From the NCBI RefSeq assembly GCF_000497125.1, contig NC_090597.1:1-64000 (forward strand): DNA of 64,000 nt, in the 5' to 3' direction. Below are positions 14,805 through 32,099 of this stretch, piece after piece. The translations under genes were made by a program, and so were the position numbers. The first letter of the stretch is position 1. Every line of letters begins with the position of its first letter. A model generated the notes under the pieces. It saw nothing but the letters and a program-made list of their open reading frames with translations. It searched no databases and had not been told where the DNA came from. The stretch is from Spironucleus salmonicida. Its lineage: Eukaryota.

Positions 14805-15878
14805 GCATCAACTCAAGTCGCCCTGCATCTCCAGCCCAGCGTCGGTAGGCATCACTAAACTAAATGAATAATGCAATTCTAATTTAGCTACCCTTTTATC
14901 ATTCAAGCACCACCCCACCACCTTCGTCTTCCGAACTGCTACCTCCCTAAATATACAAACCAGCAATAAACCATAATAGTTGATACTCCCAATGCAGACT
15001 TATCACCCAGTATTCCCATAGTATCCTAAATCGCAAATTAACCTAAGCGATATTCCTATACGCGTCAAATATTCCTGCGTTCCGTATGTATTTTGGTGCT
15101 ACATACCGCTGCTACCTTGCTGAGGTTACTGGGAACTTTGGTCAGTTTTTAAATTACTCATGCACTTTCCACAGCAATCGCATCTTTACTTCTTACTGCA
15201 ATTACCGCGATCAGTGAGAAGTTTTGCTGAACTAACATTTTTACTGCCCAAATTACGCCGTTTCTGATTACGCCCTTATCATATTCCTCTATCTTCCTGC
15301 TAGCAATTCAATTGAATGAAATCCTCAATACTGGAAAATTAAGATTTCCCAGCAATCCTTTTCCCATTACCACCTCCCGTATCCCCCCGAGCCGTATTCC
15401 CCAAACCCGAAATTCCACCCACTGCTCACCTTCACTTTACCTGTCACCTACCCTAGTTAAAATGCCCCCATTTCCATAAACCACACCCCTCCTCCTCTTT
15501 AAAATCCATTTTGCAATCCAAATTCCCGCTCCAATACCCATCACAATCCTACCCAAACCCGCCGCCACTACCTAATAGCCACATTTTCACTTGCCCTGTC
15601 CGCTCCCAAATCTCTAGATTTCGTGCAGCTCATGCAAACTTCGCCCCTAATAAATTCCCTTCAGTGTAAAATTCGCTCTCGCGCTCTCGAGATTCCATGC
15701 AGTTATGGACCAAATTTCCGCTGAAATTTCACGAATCTATCAACTTTAAATCGGTGCAATCGGCGATTGTGTAGAGTTCCTAACCGTACCGCTTGGGACA
15801 TCTTGACGATGCTGCTTTTAAACTTCTGAGGATCGGCTTGCAGGGTGCTTTGGATTTACTCTTGGTGGTATCAGGCAT
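14805..15878 (-). pseudogene. Degenerate cysteine-rich membrane protein relic(s)
   Basis: Fragments VCMSC, CDCCGKC and a TM plus basic segment GRIVMGIGAGIWIAKWILKRRR, with multiple stops and frameshifts. Confidence 0.45.
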
Positions 15879-16917
15879 GATGAAATAGTGATAAATGGAG
15901 GTATGATAGGTACATTCGATATGTAGTGGATAGCATTAGCCAAATGGTGCTTGTGAATTGTCTGGGGAGCATCTTCAACGCATTTTGAAAGAATAGCATT
16001 TTAATTAAATTTAATGTATAATAAAATATGAAATCTCGATTTTTAAAGCGCTTCCGCTATCGATGAGAGGCTCGACATTTAAGACTTTAAAATTACTGCT
16101 CTGATAATTAAAATTATATTATATGATATATTATAAAAATAGGCATAGCTAGTGTTATTATATAGGGAAACTCAAAGTATGCATATGAAAAGATTTAGTT
16201 ATATTTATATTTACTTGTGTAGGTTTTTGTTTACTGAGTATACAATATTAGTATTTAATATATATTGTAAACATTTAGCATTATTTTAGATCAAAAATTC
16301 AGGTTAAAACTAAGGAGCTCTAAATATTTGATATTCTTATAATTCATAGCATATTTTCGACTCAAAACCAGAATATTGTATCCTATGGAATGCATTAGCA
16401 ACAATTTAATGCATAGTGTTAGGGGTAAATTTGATACTGTGCAGGATTAGTTAAGTTAAATACATCATGTCTAATACTGAGCAAACGATCTTTATCTAAA
16501 CTATTATTGTAATTATTACCAACTGCATCGAAATATACTAATTATGGGTAAGCTTTTAAATCTATTTTGTATTTAGTTTCTGTATGCCAGCTAATTACCT
16601 ACTGTGCGCCTTGCTAATATATTATATATCTGCATAGTTATAAAATACCCAAGTAGTAAAATAAGCGCTCTAGCAGCCCAACATAGCAGGATCACTCCTT
16701 TCAAATACATAGAGTCCTGTAAAGCCACACGAATAATATATTTAGTAAGATCTCTTTACATCTCTTGGCGAATCTCACATCCTGAATACCTACCGCTGCA
16801 TCTTGCACAAATAATTTCACTTGCTTTTATTATTGTTACTCTGATTCGCTCTGCTAACTCCTATCTAATAAAATAATAGTATATCCTACACTATCACGGA
16901 TGTTCCAAAGCAGAGAA
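15571..16917. repeat. ~1.35-kb direct duplication, copy 1 (copy 2 at 24714-26062)
   Basis: Near-identical sequence from cctaatagccacattttcac to gatgttccaa...cagagaa; offset ~9.14 kb. Confidence 0.95.
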
Positions 16918-18547
16918 CCTATTGCTCTATTATGAGTTTGATTACCTATTTGCTACACTAGTTCGGTATAAATTTTGCAAAGCTTACAGTTAGTATAATT
17001 TTTATACTTGCTTACCCTAATCCATATAAGATGTATCCCAACTCAGCTAGTTCCGTTGAGTGTGTGATAGCAGTATCTCATATATTGTCATAAGTGGTTA
17101 GTCTTTAACCTAAACATTTCGATAATCTAGATAGCTAGTATCTAGTGAACGTGAAAACTGCTAGGCTTAAGATAACTGCTAATTTATTATGTATTATTTA
17201 TTTTAATATATAAGCAATAATCAGTTATAAATTTTCCAAACCCTCGCTCGATTTAGTTTTGCTAGATTATCGAAATATCCGGTAATACTTTCCAATATAT
17301 AGCATAACAGTATAACATAAGTACAAGTGAACATCAGATTTAATAATGCTATAGTCATTACTAAGCATTTAACAAATTAGTCTTTGCATGATATGCATCT
17401 TTCCTAGTCTAAATCAGCCGTACTTCTAGTTATAATTTTATTTTATAAACTGTTACAGTCTCGCGATCAATTACTATAAATTGAAATAGTTATTATGTCA
17501 TTTTAATCATCAAAATAATATTTTTGATAATATTCTAAATATTTTTACTTAATTTTATATTCCTTTATTCGTATAATTTTTTCAAAAACTTCTCCGGTAA
17601 TGATGGTAGTACGATTTCTAGGGTCTAATTTAATCTGGTGTTGATTTTAATAAAATGATTTGTGTTTCCTTTGCTGCTATGAATAGATCTATAAATTAAC
17701 GAATTAGTATACTTTCACCTACGCCTCCCAGACGTCTAAACAATTTACCATTTTCGTATTCCGTTAAAATCATAGTTACGAAACATGTATATATTAATGA
17801 GATTTATGCAAACTAGAGACTTTACACTAAATAATCAATTAACTCTATACTTGTGCATCCTTTGGTGGCTGCCTGTGAGTGCTAACCATTAGGCTTAAGG
17901 AGTCTTATATATGAAAATGCTGTAAATCATGAATGTGATCCAAAATACTTTATCCTCAGCACTTCTGTACATGTAGCACCAAGCATCTAGACTCATACTA
18001 TTTTTAACCCACTAGACTTGATTAGCATAACCTACAATTAAAATACTGTTCATTGTTAGTAGTTACGGCAGAAAGTCTTTCGACTGAGCAGCTAGATGTG
18101 CACAGAGGTTTCTTTTCAGCTAATTATCGTAGTCAATTCTGCTAAAATTAGCATAAACATTTTTACTACTGTACTATAACTTAGAATGCTAGTAAAGTCA
18201 CTTATTCTTATACACAACTCTAGAACTCCACATGGCTCTCGGGAATACAAAATTCTAGTAAACAATTTATATAGGAATTTAGAGTTAGATATAGTTACAT
18301 TGGAGAATACAATGTTAATGGTAACATTCTCGACAGCACTGCGCAACGACCTAGTAAAAACATATCTTCCCCTTAGGTATTTGATTTTCGCAAAGCATTC
18401 AGTTACAATTTGTAGACATTATAATAACTATATACTTGTTAGATAGGAGATAAATGATTCCATTTTTTAGTTGAAGCATATGATTAATCCTGCCTATACC
18501 TGCTAATGGTATTGAAACTATCTCATTTGATTATTTATTTTTGAAAA

Positions 18548-23705
<5,158 letters not shown>

Positions 23706-24713
23706 TTAAGAAGGAAATAGGAAAGATGTAAAGTAAAATATATCAATATTATACATTAATATAATATTATACTATGAATAAAAAACTCTACTTGCATTTA
23801 TAATACATAATTTAATACATATTATAATTAATGAATGTTAAGCGTTTTACGAACTAAAAAGTATGAAATAAAATAGTGTAGTTTTTCTATCTGTATTTGA
23901 CCGCTAGTAAGGAATTAGCAATATATAATACTACTTAACTATCACGCATTCTTAGTGAATGTATGAGGTTCCTAAAAATACATTAGCTCATCCGCTATGC
24001 ATGATCCCACGCATCCCTATCGTTACTAGATGCAATAAGTAGCATCTTCGGCTGACTTTGCTGCCCTTTGGTAAAACTCATCCTAGTGAGTCGTCGTTAC
24101 CATTTAAAACTCATCCATCCCTATGCTTCGGTGTTAATAAACATACCAAGTGAGACTGCAGGCTATCATTTTTGATAGATTATGCATCATCCGGGTATTA
24201 AAGATAGAATACATACAGTCTTCGGCATAGCCTGTGCTTGTATTACTAGTGAGAATAGCCTTCTTAGGCTACTGTGTACCTGGGCTCATAAGTGAATATA
24301 TATTAGTAAGTATAGTAGTATATTATATAAGTACAATAGTAGATATATTATATATCCTTACAAGCACCACTCCCAATGCATATATACTACTAAACTCCAA
24401 TTAAGTTATTACTATATATACTATAGTATTGCATACTCATCAATCACTACGCCAGTACCACTCACGCCTACCGTGGTGCTATCTATGGAAATACTTGGGG
24501 TACCAGTACTAGTGATACCCACTTCAGTAGCAGGCAGGTATGCCAAATCTGAAGGTTAAGCCATTATTCACTATGCCAACAGCCGCAACTCAGCCTCGTA
24601 GCACCAAAATGTGGAAGTCCTAAGCTAGCATAAGTTCAGTCCTATTCTTGCTAAATTATGATATTGCTACCTCGCTGGGTCCTGACTACCGAGCTAGCGC
24701 TATGTTCTTCACG

Positions 24714-26062
24714 CCTAATAGCCACATTTTCACTTGCCCTGTCCGCTCCCAAATCTCTAGATTTCGTGCAGCTCATGCAAACTTCGCCCCTAATAAATTC
24801 CCTTCAGTGTAAACTTCGCTCTCGCGCTCTCGAGATTCCATGCAGTTATGGACCAAATTTCCGCTGAAATTTCACGAATTTATCAACTTTAAATCGGTGC
24901 AATCGGCGTATTTTGCAGAATTAAAAACCGTACCGCTTTGGGACATCTTGACGATGCTGCTTTTAAACTTCTGAGGATCGGCTTGCAGGGTGCTTTGGAT
25001 TTACTCTTGGCGGTATCAGGCATGATGAAATAGTGATAAATGGAGGTATGATAGGTACATTCGATATGTAGTGGATAGCATTAGCCAAATGGTGCTTGTG
25101 AATTGTCTGGGGAGCATCTTCAACGCATTTTGAAAGAATAGCATTTTAATTAAATTTAATGTATAATAAAATATGAAATCTCGATTTTTAAAGCGCTTCC
25201 GCTATCGATGAGAGGCTCGACATTTAAGACTTTAAAATTACTGCTCTGATAATTAAAATTATATTATATGATATATTATAAAAATAGGCATAGCTAGTGT
25301 TATTATATAGGGAAACTCAAAGTATGCATATGAAAAGATTTAGTTATATTTATATTTACTTGTGTAGGTTTTTGTTTACTGAGTATACAATATTAGTATT
25401 TAATATATATTGTAAACATTTAGCATTATTTTAGATCAAAAATTCAGGTTAAAACTAAGGAGCTCTAAATATTTGATATTCTTATAATTCATAGCATATT
25501 TGGGACTCAAAACCAGAATCTTATATCCTATGGAATGCATTAGCAACAATTTAGTGCATAGTGCTAGGGGTAAATTTGATACTGTGCAGGATTAGTTAAG
25601 TTAAATACATCATGTCTAATACTGAGCAAACGATCTTTATCTAAACTATTATTGTAATTATTACCAACTGCATCGAAATATACTAATTATGGGTAAGCTT
25701 TTAAATCTATTTTGTATTTAGTTTCTGTATGCCAGCTAATTACCTACTGTGCGCCTTGCTAATATATTATATATCTGCATAGTTATGAAATACCTAAATA
25801 GTAAAATAAGCGCTCTAGCAGCCCAAGATATCAGGATCACTCCTCTCAAATACATAGAGTCCTGTAAAACCACATGAAGAATATATATAGTAAGATCTCT
25901 TTACATCTCTTGGCGAATCTCACATCCTGAGCACCTACTGATACATCTTGCACAAATAATTTCACTTGCTTTTATTATTGTTACTCTGATTCGCTCTGCT
26001 AACTCCTATCTACTAAAATAATAGTATATCATACACTATCATGGATGTTCCAAGCCAGAGAA
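24714..26062. repeat. ~1.35-kb direct duplication, copy 2
   Basis: Matches 15571-16917 with scattered substitutions. Confidence 0.95.
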
Positions 26063-26329
26063 AGTAGATACTAGATCGTGCTATGTCAGCTTTTGGCAAC
26101 AGGCCCCTATTTTTTTCAAAACATAATTAACAGGAGGTTATTAATTAGGATCAATTAAAAGGGATTATTGCTAGCGGAGGCAAAACGAAGGACAGTAACC
26201 TCCTATTGGGCTACTGATCCCTAAGAGGGCCATGGTTAATCGTAACTAAACCCTGGTAATGATAATCTATCTGAAATGTTCATCTTTTACAAGTAATGTA
26301 ATTTATAAAGTTCAATATTGACATACTAT

Positions 26330-26901
26330 ATAAATATTACTTATTATAAAATTTTAACAGATTTTAGAAATGATAAAGTACCATTGCAAATAATAAACTA
26401 TAAATATTTTAAATTGGTTTATTAAGATTCGTATGATCCTATCAATAATTAATAGCACATCCTTCCTGAAGTTGAATATAAGATGTTTTATGATTAGTTT
26501 AAATTACAATTCGATAAGTATACTATTGATCCAACAGTAAAAATATAAATTTGAATGCATGTTTCAGCTATTAAACAAAGATAGATTTGGAGATTACAAA
26601 AACAACAGTAATTATTAAAAGATATCTTACAAGTGAACTTAATTCAGCTAAGTTCTTTAGACACTTAAATACAGTTTATATAAAATCAAATTAATGTGAT
26701 GAAACCATTAGTATCTTAATATATAAAAGTTTAATGCTGTAGCCTTTGAATCGATATATATTTGTTTGGAAAGATATGACTAACAGAACTAATTAAATAT
26801 CATTTAATATTTTAAATTAAACTGATAGTAAAAGAGTTGCATCACAAGCAGAAGTTTAACAAGAATCAGTTTATATCTTTTGTAAGTTTTTGCTAAGGTG
26901 A
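26330..26901 (+). pseudogene. Penton/minor-capsid-like ORF (frameshifted; 5' end uncertain)
   Basis: C-terminus HLNTVYIKSNQCDETISILIYKSLMLQPLNRYIFVWKDMTNRTNQISFNILNQTDSKRVASQAEVQQESVYIFCKFLLR* follows the residue pattern I recall for Polinton-type pentons; ends 45 bp before the ATPase ATG. Confidence 0.4.
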
Positions 26902-26946
26902 CATTCATTCATTTAATTTATTATTATTTTTGCTTCAATTAAATAT

Positions 26947-28019
26947 ATGGAGTACAATATACAATCAGACGAAATTCAATTTTTGATATAAAAACCAAAA
27001 AAAATACTTGGACGTAACCGTCCGGATCCCAGGAGGTCTAAATTGAAATAATGATTATGGCTATTTTGGACTTATGGGTTCAGCAGGAACAGTCAAAACG
27101 TATTCAATGAATAAATTAAATTAAGCATATTAAGATTAAAGTAAACTATCAAAGTATAATTCAGATGACCCTCATTTAAATAATAAAGATATAACTCATA
27201 CATTCTTCTTAGGTCCAACTATCGATTGTGATTAAACTTATTAAATATCAAAAAGCAAAGACAATAGAATTAATATACCATTTGTTGATTCGAATGGAAG
27301 GACTTCAAAATAAAAGTTATTAATGTTATGTTAAGAATTATAGAAAATGAAAACTATTATAAATCTATCATTTATAATACAAGAATAAATATGATCTCCT
27401 TTAAAAGATAAAGAAATTAAAAAATAGAGATCAAAAACTATTCTTTCAAGTTTTTAAAAATATACTTTCACAATTCGAATGGGTAAAGCAATATTATTAA
27501 GAATGTTTAGTTTTATAGAAAGATTGTTTAGGTGATGATGTTGATTAGTATATATAATTGCTGTATGAATAAATTGGTTTGCGTTATAATAAATATTGGA
27601 TACGAAGATAAAAAATAGTTTTATTATTAGATGACTTGAGTGGAAGTTCAGTATTTCAAACTACAACTGAATCTGATTTCTATAAACTAATTTTTTAAAG
27701 AAGATATCTTGGAATTTGGGGGACCATTTCATGTTTGCATTCTATTAAGAAATTGTATGGACCTTTTAGATAGTTGTTTACAGCTTTCTTGTTAATGAAC
27801 TGTCTCAAGGAAGAACATATAAAAGATATCTTTAAGGATATTGGAAGGATAACAAGTTAAGAATTCGAATCAAAATAGTTTATTGAATTGTATGATAGAT
27901 CCATTGATTATTTTGGAAACGACTATTCGAAGAGAGGCTAATTCAAATATAGTTTTTTATATATAATTATTTAACCAGACCCAATGATCTTTATAAACTT
28001 TGATAAGCAAGTTAAGTGA
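26947..28019 (+). pseudogene. A32-like (FtsK-HerA superfamily) viral genome-packaging ATPase, disrupted
   Basis: Mutated Walker A GSAGTVKT (27077-27100), FFLGPT strand, Walker B IVLLLDD (~27615-27635), RRYLG at the arginine-finger position, C-terminal KYSFLYI...IFINFDK. At least two frameshifts and an internal TGA. Confidence 0.8.
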
Positions 28020-28074
28020 ATATCTGTTAATTTTTATCTATATTTAAAAGATAGTACCTTCATTTTTTAACCAA

Positions 28075-28669
28075 AGAAATGGTGAAGTTCATAAACGCAA
28101 AACTGCTGATTGAAGAAAAAGAGATGACCTAGCTTTCATCGAATTAGTAATAAATAATGAACTCATAAAGATAAATAAGAAAGCTAGTACTAAATAGAAA
28201 TTTGAAAGTAATAACGTATGTAGCAAAGTTGAATAAATAAGATTGCTTAATAAAGATAGAGAAGTAATAGTTGTACTACCTTAAGAAATTGAATAATGGA
28301 ACTATTATTATACTCCTGATGTACTTCGCACTAAGCAATACTATAGCAAGTTTGTAATAATTAATAAGATTGAAACATATCACTTTGGCTCATACTATAA
28401 ACAAATCTAATATTTATTAACTAAAGATGAAGTGAAAACTATTTAAAATATTTAACCAGCTTCAAGACAACTATATTTCTGATTCAAAAGGATCCAAACA
28501 AAAAAAACAAAAGATCAAGTTCAGGAAAAGTACGAGTAGCCAGGGTTTAGAAAATCATTCTGACGAAATTTTCTGTTACTTAAAATTGAGTTCGTCACAT
28601 CGGAATCTATTAAGTTAAACAATAAATCAAAGAAAAGAATTCTAATGACATTAGAAGACAGCGAATGAA
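28075..28669 (+). pseudogene. Degenerate ORF of unknown function downstream of the viral ATPase
   Basis: ~120-codon open stretch (DDLAFIELVINNE...WNYYYTPDVLRTKQYYSKFV) flanked by stops and frameshifts. Confidence 0.35.
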
Positions 28670-29099
28670 TCATCACTTTACTAAACTGACTGCATACTAA
28701 ACTAATTCATCGCATGATATTTTCCCATAAAGCTCACTGCACTCAACACCTCCAATTTTTTTTTGAGAATTATTCCTCCAATAACAGTTATACACTGGGA
28801 CTTGCCAGCTAAACTGCATACAAGGCTCCACAGACATGTGACGGTGCATTCCCACCGCCCGCATATTTTACGATATTCGTTAATGAAGGATTTACCTTTT
28901 CCGAGACTTTCTGAGCACAGTTCATTTTTCAAGATATATACAAAATATAGCAAAACACATTTTCCGAGTAAACATTTACACAATATTATACATTAATTCT
29001 TATATATTATCCCCTGCCACATTTGAAAAATGCTTTCCCTGTCATACGAGATCTCGGAATCCAGTACTACGATTTTCGTAGCATTCGCGCTGCCCCCAC

Positions 29100-30933
29100 A
29101 GTTGTTGCCAACAGATATTGAGATCACGCTCACAGACTCCTAACTTCGCTGATCGCGCCCTCGCACCAGCTCGTGCTGGACTTCGCGCACCGCGTTTCGC
29201 CCAAAAACTCGGTATGCAGGGTCAAGAAGCAACAGCTGATGCTCGAGATCCAGAAGGAGGTGGACGGGAGCTGGGGCGAAATCGTCCGGTACCTCGCGCA
29301 GAGCTAGCAGCTCGCGGTCAGGAACGCCGCGTTCCGGCATCTGCACAGATGACGTGCCACTCGATGAAAGCAAGGAGACGCAAGATACCAATTGGAAGCT
29401 GATGTTCACCTGGGCCTTCCGCGCTCTGGAACGAACGGTGCTGAAATATCTCGACTGGTGCTACTGCAGCGTACGACCACGATACTCGGAAAAGCGGATC
29501 TGGTGCTAGAAAATAGCACACGTTAGTAGTGAATTCTGGCGCAGTGCATTCACGGCGGCTTCGGGCTCTGCAAGTGCAAGCAGGAGCTCACGGGCCAGAG
29601 TATGCGGAGCTGCTCGAGGCGGACTGCCTTCAGTCGAATTCGAGCATTCTTATGCACTCGTTCGTGTTTCAGTGCACAGAAACTGGCAGCGGGTACACAA
29701 TTTCGACCGTCACGAGGGGCCTCTGTGTGCGGCACTTCTCGGCAAAGGTGTTGATTTCGGGAGCGGCTGCGGTGAGGGGGAGCGAGCATTCAGGTACTCG
29801 GCGCAGCAAATGATCAACATGGACGGGTAGCCGCCTGGGAAGAACGTGGAATCCTGGGTTCTGGCGCTATCGGTCTGACTATGGCCCACAAGTGCACTTT
29901 GGAGGGCGCGCGCTTTGGGCGTCTACGGGCTCTTACCGCGCTGCTCTGGCCTTTAGCGAAATATCGAATAGTGCTGAACAGATTTCGGAATTCCGCTCCA
30001 TCTGGTAATCACGGCTGTAAATCTAGTTGGGGAAACTCGGGTTACCGCGGTGTACCTTGCTCCAGTGGATCCTGTAACTTTGCAGCCAGATCTCACGAAA
30101 ACTACAAGGCTCGAATGCGGCTGTTTGTCACTCTCGGTTGGTCTTATTCCTCAGGATAAAGTTGTCGTGACTTTGGGTGGAAAAGTTAATCCAAAAACCA
30201 GGCCTATAGAGGCTGGTTCGTGCAAGCTTGTTAGCGGGCGCTTCTTTCAGCCGGAAATTGCATTTAGGTTCATAATTTGGTGGACGATGCTGCCGAAGAG
30301 GGCCGCTCTTCTTTTGGAAACATCTGCAGCCCCCGGTACACCGGTTGTACTAGCTGATGAAAACATATTGTTCTCTGCGCCGCAATTCCTTATCAAAGAG
30401 CTCGATTCATAGTCAATAAGCATGCGTGTTAGCAAGGTTATTGGGAGATGCAAGTTGCGGGAGAGACGGAGGTTGTTCACGCAGTCCCAGCAGAGATGCT
30501 GCACGTTCGTATAAAGTAATAGGTTAGTAATGTACCTGTCGCCATTGAAAAGTTTGAAGAAGTGGCGATTGATAAATCTCAAAGATAGATCACTTGTGTT
30601 GTATGTCCCAATGGGTATAACATATTTGTAAAAATCGGGATGCCAATGAGATTGAAGAGATCACAATCAATTAATGCAAAGGTGGCATAAACTACGCTAA
30701 ACCAGAAATTGTGGAACCGTTTAGAACATTTTGTACATCTACTGCAGTTGAGAATGGCGAAGCTGTTAGACTTACTGTATAGCTTTCCAAGCCTATCCCT
30801 AAAAATGAACGCATAGAAGCAACTAAGAAACTAAGGTTAGCGTGGTAAAGGCCCCAATTATGATGTGCGATGCCGTACTTAAGGGTATTTTCGGCTCAAA
30901 GGTTGTAGCTTGCGCAGTGTCTTAGAAAAGTGA
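29100..30933 (+). pseudogene. 5'-truncated, frameshifted NAD(P)/FAD oxidoreductase + DUF1667-like (CxxC) fusion, resembling the C-terminal part of the multidomain glycerol-3-phosphate dehydrogenase of anaerobic protists
   Basis: HGPEYAE; ILGSGAIGL-MAHKCTLEGA; LSLSVGLIPQD; ITCVVCPNG; CKGGINYAKPEIVEPFRTFCTST; KPIPK; VKAPIMMCDAVLKGIFGSKVVA. Fragments lie in different frames; ends in AAGTGA. Confidence 0.75.
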
Positions 30934-32099
30934 CTCAGTGCTATGTTTTTCGTTCATGCTTAAATATTCAATCCGCTTACAGTAATATGCGGTAAACCAG
31001 CAGAAAATTAATACGCTGCTGAATTTAGGATATTCCAGACTATCTAATTATTTTAATAAAATTGTATTATAAATAACGCATTACTCGTAATGTTGCACCA
31101 TATACTGTGCTTAGTCTGCAATCTTGTCAAAACTCATCTTTACCAATAACTATTATAAATACATTAGTAGTCGTCACCAATATGCATCTGTACTAATTAC
31201 ATTAGTATTTACATTCTAATAAGCCTTAACATTCTTGAAAAGGCATTCGTACTGTTTCTAGACTAGTGCTCTTTTGTTATATAAATATGTTACTATGCTC
31301 GAACATTCCCACACCATACAAATTGTTAGTAATGCTCATATACATTGCAAAAATCAATTAATTTATCCTAACATAAATTTCATATTAGAAGAAACCCAAT
31401 CCAGTTGCGTTAAATACAGTATTATACGATAAAGCCTATGAAATGATATGCAAATAATACCACTCTATATATCTCTCTACACATATTTAAATGGTATATA
31501 CTCAAAATCGTGATATTATTAAGTACGAAACTGTCCAAAAATACATCACTGCTATGTATTACAAGTTTTTGATCCATTATAGTTTGTATCTAGAACTCAA
31601 ACTGTTTCAAGAATATTGCTTGGAAAATGAAATTGTGCTCAATATTTTTGAAAGCACCAATGGTTATTATTTTACATTATTAAACGCACAAATGGGTGCA
31701 TAAATAGTTTGGCAGTTATTGATAAGCTTTTGAAAAATTTAGGTTAAATTATTGATATATAGCGTTTCAGATAACGTATTTCGTGGATATAACTATTATG
31801 AGTAGTAGAAGTCGTTGTTGCGTCAGTAATAATCTACCGTAGGTAAAATAAGCAATGAGTTTTATAGTTTGCATAGTTTATTACCTCATGTATGCGATGA
31901 CTTAATAGGCTAAAAAAGACTAGTGACGATGTTTCGGTATAATCTTTTTAAATATTTCTATCAATAACTATTATATAGCAAATAAGTATGTTCCTTCAAT
32001 AGCAATCTCTCCAAGTATAGCTATTTCATGTAATAGGATGCTATATATTTATATGAATATAATTATATTAGAGTACCTAAATTTAATTATAAAAATTTC

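Larger units (their letters stand above)
26063..28670 (+). mobile_element. Degraded endogenous viral element, Polinton-like virus/virophage-type morphogenesis module
   Basis: Three closely packed plus-strand decayed ORFs including an A32-like ATPase; begins where the 1.35-kb duplicate stops matching its twin. No terminal repeats, integrase or polymerase recognised. Confidence 0.65.

Noticed and set aside
17800-18520. Plus-strand degenerate ORF with faint resemblance to AlaX-type editing proteins
   Set aside because: The metal-binding HxxxH and CxxxH motifs are not recognisable and the frame is broken.
31491-31730. Short ORF loosely resembling the C-terminal segments of the giant NTPase family
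   Set aside because: Similarity too weak to support by eye.
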